This document shows, in pieces, positions 25,747 through 39,165 of a stretch of DNA of 64,000 nucleotides (within the stretch, counting starts at the first letter, position 1; each line of letters opens with the position of its first letter). Below the pieces are notes generated by a model. That model saw only the letters and a list, made by a program, of their open reading frames with translations. It was not told where the DNA came from and did no database searches. The stretch is taken from the NCBI GenBank assembly GCA_002245135.1, contig NGBS01001160.1:434001-498000 (forward strand). The letters are read 5' to 3'. Position numbers and translations under genes: made by a program. Source of the stretch: Proteromonas lacertae. Its lineage: Eukaryota.

Positions 25747-28700
25747 ATGTCTCAACAGAGTCAACAGAATCAAGAGTATAGATAATTTATATCAACTGTG
25801 CTATTATTAATTTAGAGGATCAGTTCCATCTTCAGATCAAAACATCAATTTTATAAGTATTGTAACTCTTATTAATTGTAGATATACCACAAAGAAAAGA
25901 ACCAACATATGTGTATCAATCTCCACCTAAAGTTGGTAAAAGTATTGTTTGTTATTAGTAATACTCTATATAGAACAAATATACTCTAAGAATAATGAAG
26001 ATCATATAGAAATTGAGATGGATGACTTAGATCCAGAACCAAAAATAAGTACTTATAAACGAGATTATAAACCCTTTAAAGTAGTAGTTCTAGATCCAGA
26101 AACAATGGGTATAAAATATTCATATCTATGTTATCTTATAGAGCCAGTGCCATTACCACAAGGCTATCATACAAATATCAGTAGTAGAGATGAAAATGTG
26201 AATATAGTTTATTTTGTTCCATCTCCTACTACAAAAGAAGCAAGACCAAAATATCGTAGTAACTACTCACAATCACAATCACCAAATCATAGACCAATAA
26301 ATTCACCTACAAAGCAACCTTATAAACCAATACTTAGACAAAATAATAATAATAATGATTCATATTATCAATCATCTCCATATTATAATAATAATCCACC
26401 TCTACCACCTCCTCAGCCTTATTATCCTAATGATTATAGATATTCGGAGAATACTAATAGATATCCACCTCCACCACCTCCTGAACTTAGAGATAATTAT
26501 AATAAAAGTCCATATAGAACACCATCAACAAACCAACCAAATGTTACATTAAACACAACTCAATATCCTTCATCAACAAGATCACAATATCATGGATATA
26601 ATAATTATAGTGATAGAAATAGCAACTATAATCCTAATAATAGCAATTATTCAATGCATATTAATAGAATAGATAGTAATCAAAGATCTTTCAGCACTCC
26701 TTCCAATGTTCGTCACCCATTGAATTATGAAGCGAATTATCCAGTTGATAGAAATTACAGACCATCGTATGAATCTAGTCAGAAATATGGAGTAACTTAT
26801 TTCCATCCCAAATCAAAACCACATCCAGAAAGATGGGAAGATTCTTTAAGAAGTAATAATAAAGGATATGAAGATATGGCTGAAATAGACAAAAGAAGAA
26901 GAATGAAAAAGCAAAAAGAACAAATGGAACAGCAGAGAAGATTATATTATGTATATATATTATGTTATTTATTTATTATTTTAAATAGCCTCGAACTCCA
27001 TTCACAGAAGAAGATTTGGAGATGAGAAGAAGGCAAAGATTAATAGCTCAAAATGAGTTTAGAAATCATCTATTGGTTGATAGAAGTAATTCAAAAGGTA
27101 AAACAGTAGAACCAGAGTTTTATTTCCCTGAAGATAGAACGAACAATGATAATTATCATCATCACCATCACAATCATTATAACAGCAGTAGAAGTCAAAG
27201 TGTTCCACCTTCAAGATCATCATCATCATATTACTTAAACAATACTCCATACAATAACAACAACAGCAATACTCATCAATATTCATATAGTAATTATAAT
27301 AATAACTCATATTCATCAACATCTTCTTCTGATGAAGATTCATATGTTACTCCACATTCTATTAGTTCATATTCAGATGATAGTATTTCAATTACAGATG
27401 AACCACAAATACAAAGATCTCCATTACCACATCAAAGAAATCCATCTTTTATTCCAATTAAAAGCAATAACAACAATAATAATAGTAATAGAAGTCAAAC
27501 AAACCATCAACATAAAAAGAAGAAAAGTAAACATCATAATCATCATAATAAGAAAACTGCAATTAATGAAAATCGTGTAAGAAGTCCATTCAAACCTTCA
27601 TTTAATCTATCCAAAACTACTTACATTAATAGAATGGAAGATGATGATGAAGAACCACAGCCACAACCAAAACCATTACCAACACCAAAAACAGAAAAAG
27701 AAAATGAACTACGAATTAATTCTGATGAAGAACCAGAAGTTGAAAGAAGAAATATTGATTTTAGTGATAATGAAGAATATAATGAAAATGATGATGATGA
27801 TGATGATGAAAGTGGAGGAAATACTTATGATATTCCAATTATTAATGCATATAAAAAGAAATCTGACAGACCTACAATTAATGAATTAAAAGACAAAAGA
27901 AAGGAAGTAGAAAAATTAAAGAAAGAGAATGAATTGATGAGAAAATATGAAGAAGAAAGAACAAATGATTTGTTGTTAAATGCTTATAATCCAAGAATAA
28001 ATGCAAATACTTTTAATACTAACCCATCATCAACAAATCCATTAGCCTTTCAATCAAATTATACTAACTATGTTCAAGGAGTTTCAAACTATGATCTAAA
28101 TGAAATTCAAAATATATCACTATCTTCATATTCAAATAACAAAAGAAATAATAGTAGAAGTAAAAAAGATACACCCAGAAAACCATTACTCGCTGATGCA
28201 CTTGATGAAAAACATGACCATCATGGAAATCACTCAACTCACCATCATCATCATCATCATCATGAAAATGATAGAGAATCTCCCATTAAGAATCAGAATG
28301 AGCAATCAATACATTCACATCATCATTATAGAAAAGGTAATAATAATAATAATAATAGTCGTCAAACCAATAGAGATTCAAAAGGAAATACTTTGAATGA
28401 TATTTCAAGTATTGAACCTGTTAATGAATCAAATGTTGCTTCAAATTTTGCAGAAGTTATTAGTCATATTAATAGAAATATTGATCCAAAGAATAAAGAC
28501 AGAAGTCATAAACATAATAGTGGAATGAATAATGATGTTGAGGGAGATGAAAGTTATGAAGAAGGAGAAAAACATGTTGATTATAAGAAGGTTATTAAAC
28601 ATAGTCCACAAATGCATTTCTGTAGTGAACATATTTGTTGTAATCCTCCAATTACATATTATCTAAATAATGATAATCTAGAAAATTTATCAGTATCAAA

Positions 28701-29323
28701 TTATTCAGAAAATGATAATAATAACAACAACAATAGTGATGATGATGAAATCATTAATGAGAATAATAATAAATCAAAAAAATCTACCAGAAAGAGTGAT
28801 AGAGATAGTGAACATTCTTCAAAACATTCAAATCATGATAATCACTTACTTTCTCAAATATCCCATTCGCATGTCAGTACAAATGGAGATGATGACAGTG
28901 ATGATGATATTTCAATTGATTCTATTACCATTGAAAAGAACAAAAATAAAAGTATAAAAGAACAAAAACCAATTGAAGTTGATGAAGAGTTAAAGAAGGA
29001 AACAAATTACATTTGTGAAGAATGATTCAGAAACTAAATTGAAATCTCCTCATTTAAAAACACATTCAACTAGTTCAGATCCTACTCCATCACCAGAAAG
29101 AAATCCATTAATAAATGATAATGATGGAGATAGTATTCATGATAAAATGCAGTTTGACGATATGGATAGTGTATTGAAAGAATTGAAAGATTTAAGAAAA
29201 GAAAAACACTTGTTGAAACATCACAATGAACAGTTAAATGCATTAAGTCATCAATTACATTTAGAGAATAAAACAATGAGAGAAATTCTCTCAAAAACAC
29301 AAACAAGTATTGAATCAAATTAA
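25747..29323 (+). CDS. Large low-complexity (Asn/His/Ser/Pro-rich) hypothetical protein with C-terminal coiled coil; apparent +1 frameshift near 29000-29025
   Basis: ORFs 25949-27025 and 27016-29025 are linked by a GT-AG intron; ORF 29015-29323 overlaps in the +1 frame. Confidence 0.6.
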
Positions 29324-29416
29324 ATAGTAGAATATTTAATGAAATATTTATATATTTTTGTTTTTTTTATAAAACTAATTCAAAATGAAAATTTAACTCA
29401 TATATAATTATTATGT

Positions 29417-32400
29417 TTATCTTCCTTCTTTTTCTAATTGTTCATATAACTCGTCTATTACATCTTTATAACGATTATATATTTCTTTTCTTTTTAATTT
29501 AAAGGTTGGAGTAATTAATCCATTTTCTAAACTAAAACATTGACCTAAATTATTCAAATGACCATCCATTCTTAATGCATAAATAATTTCAAGTCCTTTT
29601 AAATTCTTTTCTCTTCCATAATTCTGTAAATCTTTCAATATCATCTTTGCCAATTCTTTATTATTACATAACTCAATAATCAAATCTTCACTCTCTTTTG
29701 ATTCTTTGTCATATTGTGTGTTTGAAACTTACAAATCCATGATTCTTAGCATAATCAATTCAATAATGGTGGATTTGGAGCAATAATTGCAACTAATGAT
29801 CTTCTACTAGAATCACCATAGACAAAACATTGTGCAACAATATCCATACTTTCATAAAATGATTCTAAATACTCTAAAGCAACATATTCACCTTGAGATA
29901 GTTTAGTAACATTATTCAACCTATCAATGATAGTAAATGAACCATTTGGATTCATTCTAGCTATATCATGTGTATGTAGCCATCCATCTTTATCTAATAT
30001 TTTATTGGTTAATTCTTCATCTTTATAATAACCTTTAAATGTATTCAATCCTCTTATACATAATTCACCTCTTGGATATGGTTGATCTGTTGTTTTATAA
30101 TTCAATTCTTCAACATCTACTAATTTTACTTCACAACTACACATTGGAAATCCTGTATTGTTATAATTATATATTAATGGATTATTCTTATTGACTAATG
30201 CAATTGCATGACATTCTGTCAAACCATAACCTTCAATCATTGGACAATTCAAACAAATTGACAAGAACTCTTTAGTATAGGTAGTTAAACTTGCTCCACC
30301 AACACATCTATAAGTAATAAACATATTATTATATATATACATAATTCTCATATTTCCACCTAATGCTTTTCTTACTTTATTAAACACTAATTTATCCCAC
30401 AATTTGATTCTATAACCATGTCTACAAGCATAAGCTTGATCTCTTAATGCTTTACATATTAGAGGACGAACTATTTTAATTTATAAATACACAAAATATA
30501 CGAAAGACTGGTTTACTTTCTAATTCAGACATAATTTGATTATAGATAATATGATAAACACGAGGAACACCACAGAAAATAGAAGGCTTTAAAGCAACAA
30601 TATCATCTCTTAATTCAGAGAATTGACCATGATAATAACCAACACAACCACCTACAGATAATCCAGCCAACTATAAGACAATAATGACAACAACAACAAT
30701 AATAATAATATATTATATATACATGAACTGCAGTTTCAAATCCATGAGCTAATGGTAAAAACGATAAATAAACATCACCTTCCACTATTGGACCAGCACT
30801 ATCTAATAATCCAACAGCTATTGATAATAATCCTTCGTGTGTTAACATTGCACCTTTGGGTGAACCTGTAGTACCACTTGTATACATTATATAGGCAATA
30901 TCTTTAGGTAAAACTTTCCATCTTTCAATTTGATAATTTGAACCTTCATCTATGATAGTTTGATAGTCATAAACAGTGACTGTATCTCTTGGAATTTCTA
31001 ATGTTGGCACATCTGTCATTATTATTGCTTTTAAATACTTTAAATTAGCTATTCGATAATAGAATGTTGAGATAAATACGTAAACATTGAAGTATTACTG
31101 GTAATTTTTCATTTGTTACAACTAATACTGATATTTCTGCATGATTTAAGATGTATGTGACTGATTCAATACCAAGCGAATCATATAATGGAACAATTAT
31201 AAGCGACTATAAATATATAAGTAAAAATATGAAAAATTAGAATGAATTTAGAATTTAGTGTACGTCAAGTAGAAACAAGGTAGAATGCATTTAGTATTAG
31301 ATTGATAGATATAACTGGATTATTTAAATGTTATATTTTCTTGAATTGAACAGATGTACAATGGATATCACAAATTCACTTTCGGTTACACATTCATAAC
31401 ACTGATGATTTGTTCATAATTTCATAATTCTTCAGAATATATCTTCTCCATTGTTTTCTTCACCAAATAATTCTCAAGAATATCTTTTCTATTTCTTTTC
31501 ATCCTATAATGAATACCACAGGCAATCATTTCCCTGATTTCTGCCTTCCAGCAGTTGTCAACATGAAAATAGAGAAAATAAAACTCTCTGACTTCAAGAA
31601 AAAATACATTGGTATTAAATTCATTTATTCTATTCTTTCGATAGTTTTCTTGTTTTATCCTAATGATTTTTCATTTGTATGTCCAACCGAAATATTGGCA
31701 TTTGATGAAAGATATGAAGACTTTAAATCTCGAGATACAGAATTGATTGTTATATCAGGTGATAGTGTTTATTCACACTTAAAATGGCAGCAATTGAAAC
31801 GTGCTGATGGTGGTATTGGCACACTAAAATGCATTCATGCTGCTGATTTCACTCACGATTTAATCAAGACATTAGGTATCTATTATATGAGTGAAGAAGA
31901 AGCTGATAATACCAATGGAGGATGTTATCGTGCATTATTCATAGTAGATCCTGATGGTAAAATATGTCAATCTGTAATCAACGACACTACTATTGGTAGA
32001 AGCGTAGATGAATGTATCAGAACATTAGATGCGTTACAATACGTCAAAAAGACTGGAAATGTTTGTCAAGCCAATTGGAAGAAAGGAGATGAAGGAATTA
32101 AAAATGATTAGATTAATTATCTTTCATTATTATATTATGAGCGTGTTTTTATAATAAGTTATATATAATAATAATAATATACTTGATCAAATGCTCCAAA
32201 TAACGCTAATTCAATTTCTTTACAGTTTTTACCGAATAATCCAATTTTTGATTGTCTTTCTAAGAATGGGAATGTTTTTCTTAATCCCCTACCAAATGCA
32301 TGTAATATAACACCAACTTCGTGATAATTCAACCATTGATATTTACCATATTTACCATTAGGTAGTTTATCTCTCCAACCTACACATCTCAAATCTGAAA

Positions 32401-32844
32401 AACGACTTACAGCTTCATCTACTTGATCTCTATTAAAAATATAATACATTTAGTAATACGGTACAGTTTGAATATCTGGACGTTCTGGATATATACATGA
32501 AAAAAACTCTGGATGATCTCTTCTTCTATAAAAGGTTTCACCAGGTTTATTTGATAAAGACAGAGTTTGTGGCTCATTATACTATTATTTTTATAATATT
32601 TTATAATACAGTATCCAACACAGCTTGATAATCAATTGGTGGTATTTCAAATTTCATTAATCTCCACTTATCATAGTTAATACCGATATAATAGTATATT
32701 CCAAAAACAAATAATGTGTAAAAAAATCCTAAAGCTGGTTTAGTTAACTAATTAATATAGGTATAATAATATTATTTATACCCATGCCAAAGTAATAGTT
32801 AAAATTAATATTATTTTGAGTAATTTGATGTTGAATTCTTTCAT
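29417..32844 (-). CDS. Long-chain acyl-CoA synthetase (ACSL/LACS)
   Basis: [69 protein letters not shown]. Has a 976-nt intron (31207-32182) and two apparent insertions near 29720-29760. Confidence 0.93.
31509..32111 (+). CDS. Typical 2-Cys peroxiredoxin (AhpC/Prx1), nested in the ACSL intron
   Basis: [31 protein letters not shown], resolving VCQANW; one in-frame 33-nt intron. Confidence 0.95.
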   Translation: MNTTGNHFPDFCLPAVVNMKIEKIKLSDFKKKYIGIKFIYSILSIVFLFYPNDFSFVCPTEILAFDERYEDFKSRDTELIVISGDSVYSHLKWQQLKRADGGIGTLKCIHAADFTHDLIKTLGIYYMSEEEADNTNGGCYRALFIVDPDGKICQSVINDTTIGRSVDECIRTLDALQYVKKTGNVCQANWKKGDEGIKND

Positions 32845-32909
32845 TTGATTAGAAAAATAAAAATTACAGAATTACGGTCAAATAGGTAATATTTCTTCAT
32901 CCAAAAACG

Positions 32910-34331
32910 ATGCATTCTGCTTCTATAATGTTGTTGTTATCGATACCATCGATAATAACGTTACCTTTTTTGAGAGATTTAAAAGTATATAATGTTTAGT
33001 ATTATGTATTTATAGATCTTGAGAGATATAGGAATAAATGCATTGTTATCATTCGTAACATATTATATTGTGTGTTGGATGATACCTGTGATGAAACAGA
33101 AATTCATTGATGCAAATCTCTATGGATTTGACCTTTGCAAGGGTAGTTCAGGAAAAGACAAGAAAATGTATTGATATATACATATAAATAATATAAATTT
33201 ACAAATGTATAGACCAGAATCTATGGGTTTAATATCTGGAGTAGGATTTGTAGGTTGTTTAATCATTTGTACAATAATCTATGCAACAACTGCCCAAAGA
33301 GTATATATATAATTCTATTGAATAATAGGAAATCGAATATTTTTCAGGATGTTTATCAATAGTTTTTATTATGTTATTGGGATTTGTAGATGATGTATTA
33401 AATCTAAGATGGTTAATTAAATTAATATTACCACCCTTTGCATCAATACCAATACTATTATCTTATTGGACAGAACATGGAGAAACTACAATAATTATAC
33501 CAAAGTATATAATAATGATTATTATATTATTATATTTTTAAAAAATAGATTTTTAAGATGGTTAGTATGTAGTGATAATTCTAAGCCAAATGCCTTTGGA
33601 ATAATTATCAATTACTTCTTTCCTATTGATACTGATAATGACTGCATGTTTATTGATTTAAACTGGTTTTATTATATGTATATGTTATTGCTATCTGTAT
33701 TCTGTACAAATGCAATTAACATATATGCAGGAATCAATGGATTAGAAGTTGGTCAATCTTTAGTGATTGGATTCTCTATATTATTTATGAACATAATAGA
33801 AATCTACAATGGTGGTACAGCTGAACATATCGATGATCATTTATATAGTGCGATGGTGGTTATTCCATTCCTTACTACTTCATTTGCATTGTATAAGAAT
33901 AATTGTTATCCTGCTAAAGTATTTGTTGGTGATACATTTTGTTATTATGCTGGAATGACATTTGCAGTTGTATAATTTTTTTATATTTTATGATTTATTA
34001 GTGTGGAATTGAAGGTCATTATTCTAAAACAATATTATTTTTCTTCTTACCACAGATTATCAATTTTTTAATGTCTTGTCCTCAGTTGTTTGGTTTTATG
34101 TATTGTCCTAGACACCGATTACCTCATATTAATGAAGAAACAGGGTTACTTGAACCATCTACCGCTTCAGTGAAATATGATCCAAGTAAACCAATTAATA
34201 GAACATTGATTAATTTAGTGTTGTATATTTTAGGTCCAATGAAAGAAAAAACATTAGAAACAATTTTGGTTATTATACAAGTAGTTAATTCTATTGGTGT
34301 TCTTGTAGTAAGATATTTTTTAATTAAATAA
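32910..34331 (+). CDS. ALG7: UDP-GlcNAc:dolichyl-phosphate GlcNAc-1-phosphotransferase
   Basis: [69 protein letters not shown]. Confidence 0.95.
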
Positions 34332-34425
34332 ATTCAAATATTATCTGTTTTTCTTAATTGATCAACAACAAAATGTAATAATGAAAAATAAATAAATAAA
34401 ACGCAAAAAATGGTGGTTGTGGATT

Positions 34426-35313
34426 TTATTCCTTTTTAGTTTTTCTTTTCATTCTTCTTCTTCCAGCTGATACTTTCTCAATTGATTGTTTTGTTTCTTC
34501 TTCTGTTATAATACTATCAGCATCATCTCCCTTATATGCTTTATTTGTTTTAGCTTTAGCTTTCACTTGTACTTTCTGTTTTTGTTGAGGTTCAGACATT
34601 AATAAATTGAATTTGTCAATATTTGCTCTTATTCTTTCTTTATCTCTGTATAAAAGATTTCTCATTGTTTCTACTATATATTCCTTTTGTAACTTGCTAT
34701 AGTGAGGATTTCTGTTGATTGTGTGTAACATTAAGCTTAAACCATGCAAATCACCATCTTTTAAGTTTCTCTTATCTTCATCACTTAATTCATACAACAT
34801 CGGTTTTTTAACTCTACGAGCTGTGTCAAAATCGAAATATAAATGATTTTTTTCATATTTATATATTTCTTCTGCATGTTGTCCAAATGCCCAAAATTTA
34901 GCTGCTGAATACATCTCTATCCAATTGGGAGCTTCATATCCTTTAGTAAAAGTGTTTGGGAAGAAATCAAACTCTGCTACTCTTTTACCGTATATAGCAT
35001 CTTCCTTCTTATCATAAAATACTTTTTCATTACCTTGCAATGGTTCTGGTGGTATGCTTCTCTTCTTAACGATTTTTGAAGGTATGTTCTCTTTTTTTGC
35101 TTCTGAGATAAGTCTGTCGATATCTTCTTTGGTATATTTAGATAATGGTTTTGATTTAGCTTTCATATCTATCAAATCATCATCTGACTCTTCTCCGTAA
35201 TTACGATGAGTAGCTATATTTGAGGAAAATAAAGATCTATTTGCATGAAGGTTTGTAAAAATTGGATTGTGAGTTAAACACCTTTGAAATAAATGAAATT
35301 TATTTAAATACAT
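34426..35313 (-). CDS. Hypothetical protein with probable mitochondrial-type presequence
   Basis: Intronless ~295-codon ORF; N-terminus rich in R/S/L/H with no acidic residues (RSLFSS). Confidence 0.6.
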   Translation of the reverse strand: MYLNKFHLFQRCLTHNPIFTNLHANRSLFSSNIATHRNYGEESDDDLIDMKAKSKPLSKYTKEDIDRLISEAKKENIPSKIVKKRSIPPEPLQGNEKVFYDKKEDAIYGKRVAEFDFFPNTFTKGYEAPNWIEMYSAAKFWAFGQHAEEIYKYEKNHLYFDFDTARRVKKPMLYELSDEDKRNLKDGDLHGLSLMLHTINRNPHYSKLQKEYIVETMRNLLYRDKERIRANIDKFNLLMSEPQQKQKVQVKAKAKTNKAYKGDDADSIITEEETKQSIEKVSAGRRRMKRKTKKE

Positions 35314-35436
35314 AATAGAATGTAATACAGTGTATTTCAAGTAATTATTGCGCTTAACAATTTTAAATAATACATTCCTTATTTAAAACTGTTGTTATCC
35401 ACAATATTTGTTGGTTAATTATAATCTTTTCAAAAA

Positions 35437-36028
35437 ATGAGTTTTACCCTCAGATTAGTTAGAAACCAAGCTTTAAGAAGAGCTACATTAGGAGCTGTTG
35501 GATTCAAACCACTTCCAATTTTAGCTCGTTCAGCATCTAGTTTCACTTATCACTCTCCCGAAAAGCCAACCAATGTCTATCAAGCTTGGGTAGATTGTAT
35601 AATTTTTATTGTATTATTTAAAAGGTGATTCAACCAACTTACATGAAAAAATCTACCATTACTCTCAATACGTAATGGCTTGCTTAATTCCAATCTCAAT
35701 ATTTGTACCATCAGGTGCTCTTACAGTATGAGTGTTAAGATTTATTAAATAGACTTGCTGTGATGTTGTTTTAGCTTGTACATTTCCAGTGCATGGTCAA
35801 ATTGGTATGTGTCACGTATGGAGTGATTATATTCCAAAGGTATTATTATATTCAACTTAATTGTTATTTATTATGAAATAGGGATTCCAATCTACTATTA
35901 GAACTTTAACTTTAATATTCATTGGATTAGGAACTCTTGGCTTATTTAAATATTGCATTACTGGCGCTGGTTTAATCGACACAACAAAAGAAATGTGGCG
36001 TCCAAAAATTACAGATGGTAAGAATTAA
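35437..36028 (+). CDS. SDH4: Succinate dehydrogenase membrane anchor, small subunit (CybS/SDH4)
   Basis: Arg-rich presequence; spliced DVVLACTFPVHGQIGMCHVWSDYIPK (heme His and DY quinone motif); three hydrophobic helices; ends KEMW. Confidence 0.85.
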
Positions 36029-36127
36029 AAATTCTTAGTAATAACTAACTTTTTATTAAAATGCTGTTTTTTGGTTTTAAAACACACAATTCAATCTATA
36101 TCACTTATTTGGCGCGAAAATTCAAAA

Positions 36128-38030
36128 ATGGAAGATAAAATCGAAAAATTCAAAAAACTCGTTGTAGAAGGAGACTTTACCACTATTAAGGAGAAATATC
36201 CATCCAAGTTGATGGATAAAGCATATGCATATATAGGCAAGAAGTAGCTAAACGAATCATTATTATCTTAGGTGTGAAGATTGGGAGAAAGTGGTTAAAG
36301 AGAAATATCAAGTCAAAAAGACCAAGGAAAAGAAAGAGAAGAAGCCAAAAGTCAAAGTAGTAGAAGCATTCTCTAGAAAAAGAGTCAGGGTAAGTAGTAG
36401 TGATGGGGAGGAGAACAGCGAGGATAATGATGTAATTAATATCAAGAAGAGCATTAATCTGGAGAATGTATTGAAGAAAAACAAAGATCATATTAAAGTC
36501 ATCGAAGGAGGAAGGAAAAGAGCAAAAAAAGAAGTAAAAGAGGCAATACTCAAAGCAACACCCAAGACAGAAGAGTTTCATCTCCACAGTAGTGTTAATA
36601 TCAACGATCCAGTATATTTACAAGTTATATTTATTATTAATCCATAGACTACACCTGATATAATCATTCCGAGAAAAATAGTACCGCTTACGAATAGATA
36701 TGAAGTAAAAGAAAACAAGAATTACTTTTTAATTCCACAAGGTTTTATATTTTCTTAACTCATTTTTAACTAGCTTACAATATCTTCTTATCAAGTTATG
36801 AGACAGTATTTCCAGTATTTCAAACTATCAAAGAATCATCAGAAGAAATATTGAAAGATGAAAAACCAGTTCATTTAGTATATAAATAACGATGTTTTAT
36901 TATTATTTAGAAAGTTTCCAAAATAGAAAACATGATAGATATTCACAAAGACTTATACAAGATCACTTGTGAAGGTAATAATGTTGAAATCTATTATATT
37001 GATTATCTAAGTGCAGATCTAACTGTAGCACCTCATTTAATACCTGAACAATTATATAATCAATCTATGCAATATATTACCAAGTTATTCCCACATTTTT
37101 ATGGTGATTTAGTAGTATGTGTTATTAATATATAATTATTATTATATAGAGTAAGCCATGTGAAATATCCACCAATATAAGAGGTTATTTTCCTGTTTCT
37201 AATACAGAATGTGAAATATATGAAGGTAGAATATATCATTTAGAAGGAAACAGTTTAGAACAACCATTTGAATCAATAAGAGTAGTATGGTATGATCAAC
37301 ATCGAATTACTGGTAAATGGATTATTTCATTCTTTCAATTAGATAATATGTATTTATATTATTATTATTATTATTATTTAGTTTATCTCCTTGGGATATT
37401 GAAATTAGTGAAGAAGCTGATAGATTTAAGAGTTTAATATCCATTGAACATTTACCTCACAATCCAACTACAATATTAACCATTACTCAAACATTAATGA
37501 ATCAGAAGTATGGTCCAGAAGGTAATATTATATTCAAATCACTAATTAATAGTGAAGAATGTCCTAGATATTATGAAGTGATTAAACAACCATTAAGTTT
37601 TAGTGAAGTAATGAGAAAAGCTGAAGGTGGTTTATATGGTAATATTGAGGAATATTGGAAGGATTTAGAATTGATTATTAGCAATGCAAAAACATTTAAT
37701 CAGAAAGAAAGATTTGAATGGAGATGTGCTGATATATTGGAATGTTGTGTGGAGAGATTCAAATGGGAATATACTGCTGTTGAAGCTTCATTAAAGAATG
37801 AGAATAAGAAAGAAGATGATAATTGTGTTGATAATGAAGAGGAAGCTACTCAGAGAGATATTTGTCCATTAATTGCTATTGCCAATGACAAAGAGGATGA
37901 AGAGAGTGATACAGACCAAGAAACACAGAGATATGAGATTGATGATGATAATAAGAGTGAGTGTGATGAAATATCTGGTAAGAATGATGTAAACTATGAA
38001 GAAGAAGATACTAGCGATGAAAGTCAATGA
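36128..38030 (+). CDS. Bromodomain protein with BRWD/PHIP-like ancillary region
   Basis: PFESIRVVWY...LSPWDIE; bromodomain CPRYYEVIKQPLSF...DLELIISNAKTFN; acidic tail; multi-exon. Confidence 0.8.
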
Positions 38031-38059
38031 GATTATAAATAAATATAAAATTATTATTA

Positions 38060-38884
38060 TTATTTCTTTGTTTCTTCTTTTTTCTCTTCTTTTTTCTCTT
38101 CGTTATTAGTCTTTGAATCTTCTTTTCCATCTGTTGCTTCTGATATATTTGTTGTTTTATGTAATTCAATTTCATTTGATACAGGCACTGGAGTTATTTT
38201 TAAATACGGTTTAATTATAGTATGTCCTAAAGGAAACAATTTATTGTATTTCTCAATTGGAATATCATTAGAAATCATTAAATCTTCACCAACACACCAA
38301 TTGGCTGGAGCTAATAATCCTTTATTATAACAACTCTGTAATGCTTCTACTGATCTTAATAATTCATGAAAATTTCTCCCTGTTTGAAGTGGATATTGAA
38401 CAACTTGTTGAATTACGAAATCTGGATCAACTATATAAGCCATTCGATATGAAGGTGATGGAACTTCTTTTTTCATATCTTCATCTGAAATAAATCCTAA
38501 TTCATGCATTATTGAACCTTTTCCATCAGTTACAACAGGATAATCAATATTCACTGCCATTATTCGATTTATTTCTGTTATAAATTTCTTATGATCTTCA
38601 GCTATTCATGAAATATATTATTATTGATAACAATACGCTTTCCTATTCCAATTGCAATTAAAACAATATTCTTTTCTATAAATAACTTTTGTAACTTAGC
38701 ACATTCAGCTAATTCCTATCTATATTAAACATTTTAAATATACAGTTGCGCATATTGGTGAGAAATCAGCGATATATGAAAAAACTAAACTAAATTTATC
38801 TTTACCATCAGTTTCAAACTCTACTCTTCCTTTCTGTGAATGGCCTTTGAAAAGTGGAATCTTACTACCTACTGTTAAAGACAT
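38060..38884 (-). CDS. 1-Cys peroxiredoxin (Prx6-like)
   Basis: Spliced ADFSPICATEL, RMAYIVDPD, YPLQTGRNFHELLR, PANWCVGED, PYLKITP. Confidence 0.9.
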
Positions 38885-38944
38885 AAAAACGATATTTTAA
38901 ATTATCTCTGCTTTATAAAACCAAATAAAATAAAAAATTTATTA

Positions 38945-39026
38945 GCATGTTTGCCCGAGAGGTCCAAGGGGTCACGTTTAGGTCGTGATGTGTTCGCACT
39001 CGAGGGTTCGAACCCCTCAGCATGCA
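38945..39026 (+). tRNA. tRNA-Leu(TAG)
   Basis: Acceptor stem GCATGTT/AGCATGC; anticodon arm TCACG-TTTAGGT-CGTGA; long variable arm; T-arm GAGGG-TTCGAAC-CCCTC; downstream oligo-T Pol III terminator. Confidence 0.95.
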
Positions 39027-39165
39027 AATTCTTTTTTTCTTTTTTCCTTTTCATCTTTTTTTTTCTTCCCTACAAAACAACAGTTAATAAAACTAGTGAT
39101 AAAATAGTAAAATATGAAACATAGCAAAACATATGAACAATAATTAACTAATATTCACACATCCA

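Noticed and set aside
26355..28957. Ile/Met-rich alternate-frame ORFs (also 49471-49825)
   Set aside because: By-products of AAT/CAT/GAT and AGA/AGT repeats in low-complexity coding DNA.
36237..36271. Possible GC-AG intron in the bromodomain gene
   Set aside because: The GC donor leads to a stop. A 28-nt GT-AG intron starting 7 nt later restores the frame.
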